In this document: positions 48,998-58,383 of the stretch, in pieces
Layout: every line of letters begins with the position of its first letter
Numbering within the stretch: the stretch's first letter is position 1
Notes under the pieces: model-generated
The model's input: the letters and a program-made list of their open reading frames with translations, nothing else
Told to the model about the DNA's origin: nothing
The model's database searches: none
Translations under genes and position numbers: made by a program
From: Phycisphaerales bacterium
Lineage (GTDB): Bacteria > Planctomycetota > Phycisphaerae > Phycisphaerales > UBA1924
Direction of reading: 5' to 3'
DNA length: 64,000 bases
Assembly (NCBI GenBank): GCA_965227775.1
Contig: OZ245777.1
Coordinates: forward strand, 288,001 to 352,000

Positions 48998-50961
48998 ACC
49001 TCGACGCCCTCGGGAACGCCGCTCTCGCGCGCGAGCAGCGCGCGGACCTGGTTCTCGATCCCCTTGGCATCGAGCCCGACTTCGGCGAGCTGGGCCTTGC
49101 GGCCGTCCTGCTTGATCCAGCGGTCGGGCATGCCGTGGCGACGGACTGTCGCGTTCTTCAGACCCATCTCTTCGATGGCCTCGAGCACGGCGCTGCCGAA
49201 GCCGCCCTGGAGGGTGTGCTCCTCGACGGCCAAGATGGGCACGCCGGCCTCGACGAGGTCGCGGACGAGCGAGCGATCAACGGGCTTGGCGAACCGGGCG
49301 TCGTAGACGGCCACATGCAGGTCGGGCGCGAGCGATTCGGCGGCATCCACGCACGCGTGCGCGGGCACGCCGAAGGCGAGGATCGCCGCATCGGGCTTGT
49401 CGCCTTCGTCGGTAAGCAATCGCGCCTTGCCCAGCTCGAAGGGCGGGCACTCGCTGGCGAAGCGGTCCGACACGTCGTCGCGCGGGTAGCGGACGCTCGA
49501 CAGTCCACGGTCGTACTCGCGCATGAATTCGAGGCTTGCACGCAGGCTCGGCTCATCGATCGCCGCCATGATCGCGGCGTCGGGCAGCGTGCGGAGCAGC
49601 GACACATCGGCAAAGCCGTGGTGCACGGCGCCATCGCCGCCAACAAGACCGGCGCGATCGAGGCACAGGCGGACTGGAAGGCCTTGCAGCGCCGCCTCTT
49701 GGAAGGCCTGGTCGTATGCGCGTTGCAGGAACGTGCTGTACACGGCGAAGAACGGTTTGGAGCCGGTCTTCGCGAGCCCGGCCATCATGTCGAGCGCGTG
49801 GCTCTCGCAGATGCCCGTGTCCCACACGCGGTCTGGGAACTTCTCCATCGCCTCGGTCACGCCGGTGCCATCGGGCATCGCGGCGGTGCAGGCGACGACG
49901 GCGTCATCTCGCTCCATGAGGTCGACAAGCGCGTCGCCGAAGGCGCTGGTGAAGCTGCGGCCCCCGCCCTTGACGACCACGCGGCAGCCCTCGGACTGCA
50001 ATTGGGCGCCGTCCTGGGCGGCGAACGGCTTGGGCGAGTGGAACGTCCGCGCGTCGCCCTCGCTGAAGGCAAAGCCCTTGCCCTTCACGGTCTTGACGTG
50101 CAGCACGCACGGGCGATCAAGGTCCTTGACAGCCTGCAAGAACTCAATGAGCGTGGGCAGGTGGTGTCCGTCGATCGGACCAACAGTGAGCAAGCCAAAG
50201 TGCTCGAACCAGGTGTTCTCGGGCGCCCCGTCTCCCACCATCGCCTTGGCGGCCTCGCCCATGCGGTGGTAGGCATCGCGCAAGGCCTCGCCGCCCGGGA
50301 TGCCCTTGAGGATTTCCTTGCCCGTGCGCTTCAGGCCGGTGTAGGTATGGCTCACGCGGACACGGTCGAAGTGCTGGGCGAGCGCGCCCTGCGGGCCGGC
50401 GATGGACATGCCGTTGTCGTTCAGCACGACGAGCATCTGCCGCTTCAGCGTGCCGGCGTTGTTGAGCCCTTCCATCGCGACACCGTTGACGATCGACGAG
50501 TCGCCGATGATCGTGACAACGCGACGGCCGTCCTTGCGGGACTTAGAGTCGTAGGCCTCGCCATTCAGCGAGTCGCCGCGCGCCATGCCGACGGCGGTCG
50601 AGATGCCCGTGCCGGCGTGGCCGACGCTGAAGAGGTCGTACTTGCTTTCGGCCGGATCAGGGAAGCCGGCCATTCCGTCGCGCGTGCGCAGCTTGCTGAG
50701 CAGGGGCAGCCGCCCGGTGAGCAGCTTGTGCGGGTAGCACTGGTGGCCGACGTCGAAGAGCAGCCGGTCCCACCCAAAGTCGAAGACGCGGTGCATGGCG
50801 ATGGTGAGCTCGACCACGCCCAGGTTTGGTGCCAGATGGCCGCCGGTGCGCGAGACCTGCTCGCAGATCGCCGCGCGGATCTCGCCGGCAAGCTGTTCAA
50901 GCTGCTCGATCGACATCGAGCGGAGTTGTTCGGGCCCTGTCAGCGTGTCCAGCAATGCCAT
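48994..50961 (-). CDS. dxs: 1-deoxy-D-xylulose-5-phosphate synthase
   Basis: GGHLAPNLGVVELT, DVGHQCYPHK, GHAGT, LNDN.MSI, GPIDGH, YSTFLQRAYDQ, DRAGLVG.DG..H, DARFAKP. Confidence 0.97.
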   Translation of the reverse strand: MALLDTLTGPEQLRSMSIEQLEQLAGEIRAAICEQVSRTGGHLAPNLGVVELTIAMHRVFDFGWDRLLFDVGHQCYPHKLLTGRLPLLSKLRTRDGMAGFPDPAESKYDLFSVGHAGTGISTAVGMARGDSLNGEAYDSKSRKDGRRVVTIIGDSSIVNGVAMEGLNNAGTLKRQMLVVLNDNGMSIAGPQGALAQHFDRVRVSHTYTGLKRTGKEILKGIPGGEALRDAYHRMGEAAKAMVGDGAPENTWFEHFGLLTVGPIDGHHLPTLIEFLQAVKDLDRPCVLHVKTVKGKGFAFSEGDARTFHSPKPFAAQDGAQLQSEGCRVVVKGGGRSFTSAFGDALVDLMERDDAVVACTAAMPDGTGVTEAMEKFPDRVWDTGICESHALDMMAGLAKTGSKPFFAVYSTFLQRAYDQAFQEAALQGLPVRLCLDRAGLVGGDGAVHHGFADVSLLRTLPDAAIMAAIDEPSLRASLEFMREYDRGLSSVRYPRDDVSDRFASECPPFELGKARLLTDEGDKPDAAILAFGVPAHACVDAAESLAPDLHVAVYDARFAKPVDRSLVRDLVEAGVPILAVEEHTLQGGFGSAVLEAIEEMGLKNATVRRHGMPDRWIKQDGRKAQLAEVGLDAKGIENQVRALLARESGVPEGVEV

Positions 50962-51032
50962 GCGAGCCCTCCAGATCCCAGCTTGGCGCACTTGGCGCCT
51001 CCGCAACCCTATTTCTTAGGCGAAACCCGGTC

Positions 51033-51056
51033 TATTTTCAATGATTCTTGAAAATA
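51033..51056. promoter_or_regulatory. Perfect AT-rich inverted repeat, candidate operator
   Basis: TATTTTCAA-TGATTC-TTGAAAATA in the ispA-dxs intergenic region. Confidence 0.55.
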
Positions 51057-51097
51057 TCGGGACATCCCTGATGGATCAAGCCCTGTTTTCATCGACC

Positions 51098-52024
51098 TCA
51101 TCGCGTTCGGCTGGCCAACACGCGGACGAGGTCCGCGAGATCGCCGCCCGTGCTGCCGAGCGATTCGACCGCGGCAAGGCTCGACTCCAGCAGGCGTGCG
51201 ACTTCGGCTCGTGATGCCTCGACCCCCAAAACGCCGGGAAAAGTCAGCTTGCCGGCGTCTGCATCCTTACCCGTGCGCTTTCCGGCCTGTTCGGTCGATT
51301 GCTCCACGTCGATTAGGTCGTCGACTACCTGGAACATCAGTCCCACCGCCTCGGCGTAGGTGGTGATGGCCTCGAGGGTGGCATCATCCGCCCCTGCGCT
51401 GATGGCGCCCATTCGGCATGACGCCCGGAGGAGCGCGCCCGTCTTCCAGCGGTGGATCAACCGGAGCCGCGCCTCATCGTCCGATAGAGCCGATTCGAAA
51501 CCTCCGAGCGAGTCGAGCGTCTGGCCGTCGATCATGCGGGCGCTGGCGTCGGCCAGTTCGGCAATGAGCGCCGCGCTCGTCGCAGGATGCCGTACCCGCT
51601 TGCAGAGCGTCCAATAGGCCGCGTTGAGCATGGCATCGCCCGCGAGCAGTGCCACCGCTTCCCCGGCGTGCACGTGCAGGGTTGGTCGCCCGCGGCGGAG
51701 GTCGTCGTCGTCCATGCAGGGCAGGTCGTCGTGCACCAGGCTGAACGCGTGCACGAGTTCGACGGCAGCGGCCGCGGGCAGCGCGGGAGCGTCATCGCCA
51801 CCGCAGGCCCGGGCGCACATGAGTGTCAGCGCGGGCCGCAATCGCTTACCGCCGCCGAGCGCGGCATAGCGGGAGCCGTCACGCATGATGGCACTCTGGC
51901 AGGCCTCGTCGATGACAGAAGCGATCTCGCCCTCCACCAGCACGGCGAGTTCGGCAACGAGCGCGCGGATTCGGGCTTCGGTTGCGTCGCTGCTGGTCTT
52001 GTGGGCCGTGGGCTCGCCGGTCAT
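51098..52024 (-). CDS. ispA: Farnesyl/geranylgeranyl diphosphate synthase
   Basis: GGKRLRP, SLVHDDLPCMDDDDLRRG, GDA, GQ..D, KTGAL, FQVVDD, GKD. Confidence 0.93.
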   Translation of the reverse strand: MTGEPTAHKTSSDATEARIRALVAELAVLVEGEIASVIDEACQSAIMRDGSRYAALGGGKRLRPALTLMCARACGGDDAPALPAAAAVELVHAFSLVHDDLPCMDDDDLRRGRPTLHVHAGEAVALLAGDAMLNAAYWTLCKRVRHPATSAALIAELADASARMIDGQTLDSLGGFESALSDDEARLRLIHRWKTGALLRASCRMGAISAGADDATLEAITTYAEAVGLMFQVVDDLIDVEQSTEQAGKRTGKDADAGKLTFPGVLGVEASRAEVARLLESSLAAVESLGSTGGDLADLVRVLASRTR

Positions 52025-52069
52025 GGGGCAACGGTACCATCAGGGCCCTAGCAACGCCGGAGCGATTGA

Positions 52070-52711
52070 GTGGAAGCCCTAGTCAACGGCATACGACAGT
52101 GGTTCGAGGTTGGCGGCTGGGTCATGGCGCCCCTCGCCCTCGTCAGCGTCGTAGGTCTCGCAATCGTCTTCGAGCGGGTGCTCTTCTGGGCTCGACTGAC
52201 CGGCTCGGGCGTTCGTGGCCGGACCGGCTCGCTGGCCGAGAAGTTGCGTCGCGGCGAATTCGCCAGCATCGTCAAGAGCACGAGCGAGCGACGCGATCCG
52301 TACTCGCGGCTGGCGCGGGAGCTCTCGCAGGACGTCTCGGGCCCGATCGGCGAGGCCCGGGCTCGCGAGGCGATCGAGGCCCAGCGATACGCCGTCGAGC
52401 GGTTCCAGGGCGCGCTGAGCATCATCATTACCGCGGCGCCGATGCTGGGCATCCTGGGCACCGTGACGGGCATCATCACAAGTTTCGCCGCCATCGGTGA
52501 GGCGGGCGACGGCGACCCGAGGCTCGTCGCCGGGGGCATCGCCCAGGCGCTGTATACCACCGCCTTCGGACTCGCGATCGCCGTTGCGGCGCTGTTTCCC
52601 TACGGCATCTTCAAGGGTCTGGCCGACCGAGCCCTGACCCGGCTGGAGTTGCTGGCGTCCTCGGCCATGGAAGGCTCGAGCGAGCTCAAAGACCGGCCAT
52701 CTGGCGGATGA
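52070..52711 (+). CDS. MotA/TolQ/ExbB proton channel family protein
   Basis: GGWVM.PL, APMLGILGTVTGII, GGIAQAL.TTA.GL. Confidence 0.92.
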   Translation: MEALVNGIRQWFEVGGWVMAPLALVSVVGLAIVFERVLFWARLTGSGVRGRTGSLAEKLRRGEFASIVKSTSERRDPYSRLARELSQDVSGPIGEARAREAIEAQRYAVERFQGALSIIITAAPMLGILGTVTGIITSFAAIGEAGDGDPRLVAGGIAQALYTTAFGLAIAVAALFPYGIFKGLADRALTRLELLASSAMEGSSELKDRPSGG

Positions 52712-53111
52712 TCTTGTCGAGCTTCGTGGGCACGGGCATCACGCTCAGCCGCGATTGACGAACGAGATCGAAGTCCTTGAAGCGATCGTCGGCCTTGATG
52801 TCCTTGAGCGTGACCGGCGTCTTGGCCTTCTTGCCGACCGTCACGTCGAACAGCGGCGCCTTCATCTCGCCGTTGCCGTTCAGGCCGGGCTCGCCGGGAT
52901 CTTCGTACGGATTCGTAGCGATCTTGACGACGCCGATGATGGCCTTGTCGTTGCCCGTGTGATAGAAGAACGCCTCATCGCCCTTCTTGACGGCGCGCAT
53001 GTGCATGCGGGCGGCGTTGTTGGCCACGCCCGTCCACGCGGTGCGCTTGTCGCGCGTCATGTCGTCCCAGGAGTAGTCGCCCGGCTCGGTCTTGATCAGC
53101 CACGTCGCCAT
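52686..53111 (-). CDS. EVE domain-containing protein
   Basis: WLIKTEP..YSW, WTGV.N..AR, GD..FFYH, L.RQSRLSVMPV. Confidence 0.92.
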   Translation of the reverse strand: MATWLIKTEPGDYSWDDMTRDKRTAWTGVANNAARMHMRAVKKGDEAFFYHTGNDKAIIGVVKIATNPYEDPGEPGLNGNGEMKAPLFDVTVGKKAKTPVTLKDIKADDRFKDFDLVRQSRLSVMPVPTKLDKIIRQMAGL

Positions 53112-53129
53112 GGCCGAGGATAGCGCACG

Positions 53130-53161
53130 AAAAACGACCGCACGCTGCGTGCATGCGGTCG
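53130..53161 (-). terminator. Intrinsic terminator after the Cys-rich protein gene
   Basis: Minus strand CGACCGCATGC-ACGCA-GCGTGCGGTCG-TTTTT. Confidence 0.8.
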
Positions 53162-53212
53162 CCATCGTTTGATCGGAGGCAGCGCTTGGCTGCTGAATCT
53201 ACTCAGCCAGAC

Positions 53213-53677
53213 TTACTGAGGGGCCTTAGCCAGTTCCTTGCCGGCCTCGCACTTGCCGCAGCAGGCGTCGGCGTCGGTGCCGCAGGCGTCGCCCGCGCAG
53301 GCATCACCGCACGCGTCGGCGCAGTCGCTGCCGGCCTCGGTCGAGATCATCTCGACCTGGGTGGCCTCGCCCGAGCATGCGGAATCGCAGCTGGCGTCGG
53401 CATCGCAGCTCGCGGCCTTCTCGCCGCCGCAGGAGCTCTCACAGCTGTCGCAGCTCTCGCCGGTCGAGACGAGGGTGGCCTCAGCTTCCTTGGAACTGTC
53501 GCACAGAGCGCAGCATCCGTCGCCCTCGGCGGCGACGGCGGTGGTCGTGACCTCGTTGCCGGTCACGGCGCAGGCGCTGCAATCGCCCGACATCATGCGA
53601 TACCCGGCGATGCCGAGAACGGAAAGGCCTGCGATCGTCGCGATCACGATGCTGGTGGTCGAACCGGTGCGCTTCAT
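53213..53677 (-). CDS. Cysteine-rich acidic protein with N-terminal signal/TM anchor
   Basis: GAGGAGG SD; 18 Cys in CxxC/CC/CxxxC clusters; own terminator. Confidence 0.8.
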   Translation of the reverse strand: MKRTGSTTSIVIATIAGLSVLGIAGYRMMSGDCSACAVTGNEVTTTAVAAEGDGCCALCDSSKEAEATLVSTGESCDSCESSCGGEKAASCDADASCDSACSGEATQVEMISTEAGSDCADACGDACAGDACGTDADACCGKCEAGKELAKAPQ

Positions 53678-53995
53678 CTGCTGCCTCCTCGATGCACGCC
53701 TGGCCGCATCTGCGGGCCGGCGGGGTTGGTGGAATGACTCTCGTAAGCATACTCACCGCGCGACCCGCGCCGCCGGTGTTGCACCCTCACCATACTCGCA
53801 TCGGCTCAATTTGTTCCCGAAGGTTGTTGGCGTTTACCCCAATACACTGTCGTGCCGCAACTTCGGCCGAGACCGATAACTGATGCGGCCCGGAATTCCG
53901 TCGTTCGGACCGGCACTCGGCGTTCAGACGGCCCTCCGACGGGTCGATGTCTGCTCCGGAAACCATGCCCCGATCGCGTCACCTCGGAACGGACA

Positions 53996-55123
53996 ATGCC
54001 GCAGCACGAAGACCAGCCCGGAATCGACGAGGCCCCCGACTTCGGGGGAGGGGATCGTCCTGTAGACGGTGTCGGTGATGCCGAACCGGACGCCGACGTT
54101 GACAACGTGCTGGCGTCGATCGAGCAGGAGCTCAGCGCCCTGGTCGAGCGGTGCGAGCAGACGACCGCCCAGCACGCCCGCGAGCTTACCCAGCGGCAAG
54201 CTGAGATCGACCGGACGATCCAGATCGCGATGAAGCGGCAGGTCGAGATCGACCGCAGGACCACCGAGCTGCGTCGCCTGGCCGACGAGGTGGTCGCCGC
54301 CGAAGCGAGCCTGGGCGAGCGCCGCCGCGCACTGGCCGAGCGCCTCCGACGCCGCCGGGCATGGATGGACGAGCGGCTGACCGCGGCCGTTGATCAGCAC
54401 GCCCGACGAGCGGCGCAGGAGCTGGAGGCCCGCGCCCAAGAGCTCGCCGAGCGCGAGACGCAGTTCTCTGAGGTCCAGTCCAGGCTCGACGAGCAGGCAG
54501 AGGCGGTCGAGAGCGAGCGTGCGAAGAACCTCGAAGTCCGCCGGCTGATCGAAGAGCAGGCCACGATGACGGCCTCGCACGCCGACGCGATGGACGCCCA
54601 CCTGGCCAAGCGGGACCAGGCATCGCTGGAGTTGCTCGAGCAACTGCGAGACGCGTGCGGCCTGGCAGACCGGGTGCGCGAGCTGTCTAATGAGGTTCGT
54701 GAGAGCCGCCTGGAAGTGCGCGAGAGCGCCGAGCGCGTGGAGCACGCCGAGCGCGAACAGGCGGAAGCCAGATCTTCATTGGAAGCCGCCCGGGCTCGCA
54801 TCGCGCAGCTCGAGCACCGCATCGAGGAACTCAGCCGCGACAACCTCTTACGCGAGCAGCGTGCAGCGCGCACGAATCACGAGATCGAGGCACGTCACGC
54901 GCGCCTGGACGAGCGAGAGCGGCGGCTGAACGCCGAGGCCGAGCGGCTAGCGAGCGATCAGGCCGCCTGCGATGACAAGCTGCGTGAGCTGGGCCATGGG
55001 CTCATCGAACGCGACCGAGCGGCTCGGGCCTTACGGCTCGACCCGCGCACGCCGCTGGCGGTGAGCTCGCTTGGCATCCCGGTCAGCCCACGGCGGCGGC
55101 CCGACATCCGGTTGGTGAACTGA
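53996..55123 (+). CDS. Long coiled-coil hypothetical protein
   Basis: E/R/A/L-rich heptad-like composition over ~300 aa. Confidence 0.75.
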   Translation: MPQHEDQPGIDEAPDFGGGDRPVDGVGDAEPDADVDNVLASIEQELSALVERCEQTTAQHARELTQRQAEIDRTIQIAMKRQVEIDRRTTELRRLADEVVAAEASLGERRRALAERLRRRRAWMDERLTAAVDQHARRAAQELEARAQELAERETQFSEVQSRLDEQAEAVESERAKNLEVRRLIEEQATMTASHADAMDAHLAKRDQASLELLEQLRDACGLADRVRELSNEVRESRLEVRESAERVEHAEREQAEARSSLEAARARIAQLEHRIEELSRDNLLREQRAARTNHEIEARHARLDERERRLNAEAERLASDQAACDDKLRELGHGLIERDRAARALRLDPRTPLAVSSLGIPVSPRRRPDIRLVN

Positions 55124-55132
55124 GGCATCGAC

Positions 55133-56956
55133 ATGAACAACGGCGACATGGCACAAGCAGGCAACGAGCAGAACCCGCGCGTCAACTCCGCGGGGCTGAC
55201 CGAGGACATCCGCGGGGTGATGAGCGACATCGAGCGTCGGCTCGACCGCCTGCGAGCCGCGCACGCCGATCGTGAACGCGAGCGCGAAGAGCTCGAATCG
55301 CGTAGCCAGGCGGTCCAGAAGCGCGCCCGCCAGCTCGAAGAGGCTCGCCAGGAACTCGCCGACCACCAGCGGGCGCACGAGGATGCGGTCGCCGCCGCCG
55401 AGGCCCGATTCGTTGAGCTCGATCGTCGTGAGGAAGCCGCGCGGACGGCGTTCGAGGAAGCAAAAGCGCGCCACGACGCGACGCGCTCCGAGCTTGCCCA
55501 GGCAGCCACCGGGGTCGAGCAAGGACAGCAGGAAGTGGCTGCGCAGCGCGAGGCGTTCGAGAACGAGCGCGAGCGGGTCGAACAACTCGCTCAGGAAGCG
55601 GCGCAGCAGGTGAAGGACGTCGAGGAAGACCGCGCGGCCCTGGAAGCCACGGCGTGCGAGCTCGATGAGCGGCAGAAGGACCTGGACGAGCAGGCGTCAA
55701 CGCTCGCCGAACGCGTCCGCGAGATCGAATCGCGGAGCAAGTCGCTCGATGAGCGGGCGAAGATGCTCGAAGAGCAGGACCGCAAGCTGGCCGAGCTGAG
55801 CCGCGAGGCCGCCGAGCAACGCGAGAAGCTCTCGGGTGACAGCTCCGATCTGGAACAGCAGAAGCAGTGGCTGGCCGAGCAGACCAGGCAGACCGACATG
55901 CTTCGCGCACGCGTGAAGCAGCTCGAAGCCGAGCTGGCGGCCGCACGGAACGAGGCTTCGCAAGAGCACTCCGCTGAAACTGACGACTCCCTGCGCGAAG
56001 AGCTGGACACGACGCAGCAGAAGCTGCGCGATGCAGCGGGCATCATCGCGCAGCTCCGTGAGCAAGCTGAGAACGCCGCGCCCATCGAGCCGGCGGACGC
56101 CGACGCCGCCCACCTGCAACGCCGGCAGCGCCGGTTGCGATTCATCCGCCAAACGCTGCAGCAGGAGCACGCCAAGATCGCCAAGGCGAGCGAACTGCTG
56201 AAGACCCGATCCGACGCGCTCGCGGCCCGAGGGGGCGACGCGCCCCAAGCCTCGCCGGCGCCGGTCGCCAAGGGGCCGATCGCTGCCATGGCTCGCATGG
56301 GCATCGGCATGCTGAGCGTGGCCGGTGCGATCGCCGTCCTCGCGGTCGTCAGTTGGATCGCATCGGGTGAGATCGTGACGCCGACGTACGCCTCGAGCGT
56401 GACGGTCGCGCATGACGCACGCGGCCGCGAGGTGCTCCCAGAGGACCTCGCCGGTTGGCAGGCCTTCCACGAGGGCCTGATGGAGGACCCGCGGTTCTAC
56501 GAGTTCGCCGCCGAGCGCATGCGGCAGCGTGGGCTTCTGGAATTGGGCAACGCCGTGGCAGTGAAGTCGTTCGTCGAGGAGTCGGTGGGCTGGGCGTCGG
56601 GCAAGGACGGCGAACTCATGCTCGAAGTGCGCCAGCAGGGCGCCGATCGATCTCGCCGGGTGGCCGAGACGCTGGCGATCGCGCTCGTAGGTCAAGCCAA
56701 CTCGGCCCGAGAGCGCCGCCCCGATGGCTTGCCCAGCGTCATCTCGAAGGACGCGACACCCGACCGCCGGCCCATGACCAACGAGCGCCCGATGTATGCG
56801 GGCGGCATCTTCGCCGGATTGGCGCTTGCGAGCGTGGGGCTCGGCGGCGTGGTGTCTCGTCGAATCGCGAAGCTGCGCCAGCAGGCCGCCGCCGAGGGTC
56901 ACACCGACTACGACGACATGGGCGAGCAAAGCGAAGGCCGAATCAGCATCGGCTGA
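55133..56956 (+). CDS. Coiled-coil membrane protein with Wzz/PCP-like two-TM C-terminal module
   Basis: ~370 aa coiled coil, TM1, TPTYASSVTV, loop domain, Pro-rich stretch, TM2. Confidence 0.75.
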   Translation: MNNGDMAQAGNEQNPRVNSAGLTEDIRGVMSDIERRLDRLRAAHADREREREELESRSQAVQKRARQLEEARQELADHQRAHEDAVAAAEARFVELDRREEAARTAFEEAKARHDATRSELAQAATGVEQGQQEVAAQREAFENERERVEQLAQEAAQQVKDVEEDRAALEATACELDERQKDLDEQASTLAERVREIESRSKSLDERAKMLEEQDRKLAELSREAAEQREKLSGDSSDLEQQKQWLAEQTRQTDMLRARVKQLEAELAAARNEASQEHSAETDDSLREELDTTQQKLRDAAGIIAQLREQAENAAPIEPADADAAHLQRRQRRLRFIRQTLQQEHAKIAKASELLKTRSDALAARGGDAPQASPAPVAKGPIAAMARMGIGMLSVAGAIAVLAVVSWIASGEIVTPTYASSVTVAHDARGREVLPEDLAGWQAFHEGLMEDPRFYEFAAERMRQRGLLELGNAVAVKSFVEESVGWASGKDGELMLEVRQQGADRSRRVAETLAIALVGQANSARERRPDGLPSVISKDATPDRRPMTNERPMYAGGIFAGLALASVGLGGVVSRRIAKLRQQAAAEGHTDYDDMGEQSEGRISIG

Positions 56957-57001
56957 CACGGCCGTTCACGAATCAAGCTGGTTTGCGTCAGACGCCGGCG
57001 A

Positions 57002-57811
57002 TCAGAGATTGACCGTGGTGGTCGCCATGATCTGCTTGGTGCCGCTGGCAACGTCGACGCTCACGAGCGCCAGACGCATGCCGTTCTCGAGCACGAAATC
57101 CTGCAGGTACTGGCCCGTGAGTATGCCGTCCGACTCGAACTGGCGAATCGAGCGACCGATCTGGTTGCGGCCGTCCAACTCGACCAGCGCGTACTCGATG
57201 TTGTCACTCTGGGGCAGGTAGGCGCAGCGGAGGGTTCCGGCGCTGCCTTCTTCGAGGTACTCGATCATCACCATGACGCCGGACGTCGAGTCGACCGGGG
57301 TGAAGGCGATCTCTCGCACGTTCTCCCGGTTGAAGATGAACTCGAGGGCGTCGGCTTCATACGCCTGGATGTCGCGGTCGAGGCGTAGGTTGTTCACGAA
57401 TCGCGTGTTTAGGTCGTTGTACCGCAGCGAAGAGTGGCCAAACGCAACGCCGAAAGCGATGGCTGCGGCCGCGGAGGCGATTGCACCAATCCGCCAGACG
57501 CTCGAAACGCCGTGGCTCTTGCGGATGCTCAGCGGGCTGTCGGTGTCGTCGGCCTCGGAGGCCTTGGCGATGGCGTCGGCCAGCATGGCCTCGCGGACGG
57601 CAGTGATGACGCGTGCTCGCATGTCGGCCGCGGGCTGCACGTCGGGCAGCAGGCCCTCGAGGTTCGCCAGGCGGGCCTGCTCGTTCAGCACGCGATCCTG
57701 CGTTGCCGGCGGGGCGGCCTTGAACGCGGCGTCGAAGGACGCGGACTCTGCATCGTCGAGCATTCCCAGTGCGTCGAGGACGGCCAGTTCTATCAAGTCA
57801 ATCGTGTTCAT
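57002..57811 (-). CDS. Anti-sigma factor (RskA-like)
   Basis: ELA..DALG.L...E...F N-terminal motif, P....RARV, single TM; overlaps the sigma gene. Confidence 0.8.
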   Translation of the reverse strand: MNTIDLIELAVLDALGMLDDAESASFDAAFKAAPPATQDRVLNEQARLANLEGLLPDVQPAADMRARVITAVREAMLADAIAKASEADDTDSPLSIRKSHGVSSVWRIGAIASAAAAIAFGVAFGHSSLRYNDLNTRFVNNLRLDRDIQAYEADALEFIFNRENVREIAFTPVDSTSGVMVMIEYLEEGSAGTLRCAYLPQSDNIEYALVELDGRNQIGRSIRQFESDGILTGQYLQDFVLENGMRLALVSVDVASGTKQIMATTTVNL

Positions 57812-58383
57812 GTCGCGGCTTCCTCGACGGCTCTCTCTCGCAGACGCACCAGGGCCCGGCTCAGGGCGGACTTCACGGTTCCGATGGGCGTGTCCAGTTC
57901 TTCGCCGATCTGGCGGAGCGTCTGTCCCCCTAGATACGCACGGATGACCACCCTCTGTTGCAGTTCCGGCAAGGTCTTTACGAGCTCAAGCACGTCTTTA
58001 TAACGCTCGTGCTGCTCCAAACCGGTCATTTCCCCCGACCCACCGCCGGGCAGCTGTCCGGCAGACTCCCCGAATGCGGTGGTCTTGAGCCTCGCTTGGC
58101 TGCGGCGGAGGCGGTCCACCAGGTGGCGCCGGCTCAGGAGCATGACCCACGTGACCAGCGCGGCCCGCTTTGGGTCGTACCGGTCGGCGGTCTTCCAGAG
58201 CCGAACGAAGATCTCCTGGACGGCATCCTCGGCGTCGGCTCGCGTGGGCATGGTCTGATAAGCCATGCGGTACACGAGCGAACCAAAGCGGTCGTAGAGA
58301 TCGCCGATGGCGGACTCCTCTCCCGCAGCCACACGCTGCATCAGGTCGAGGTCTGCCTTCGGGTTTCGCGGATGCTTGGCCAT
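57808..58383 (-). CDS. ECF RNA polymerase sigma factor (SigK-like)
   Basis: LYDRFG, AEDAVQEIF..LW..A.RYDP, LPELQ, AY..G.T..QI...L..PIGTVKS. Confidence 0.93.
   Translation of the reverse strand: MAKHPRNPKADLDLMQRVAAGEESAIGDLYDRFGSLVYRMAYQTMPTRADAEDAVQEIFVRLWKTADRYDPKRAALVTWVMLLSRRHLVDRLRRSQARLKTTAFGESAGQLPGGGSGEMTGLEQHERYKDVLELVKTLPELQQRVVIRAYLGGQTLRQIGEELDTPIGTVKSALSRALVRLRERAVEEAAT

Noticed and set aside
51033..51056. Inverted repeat as a dif/Xer recombination site
   Set aside because: It has a 6-nt spacer, but the arms do not resemble the XerC/XerD consensus (no TTATGTTAAA-like arm)
52686..53111. EVE domain as part of a modification-dependent defence system
   Set aside because: Stand-alone gene with no nuclease, ATPase or toxin neighbour
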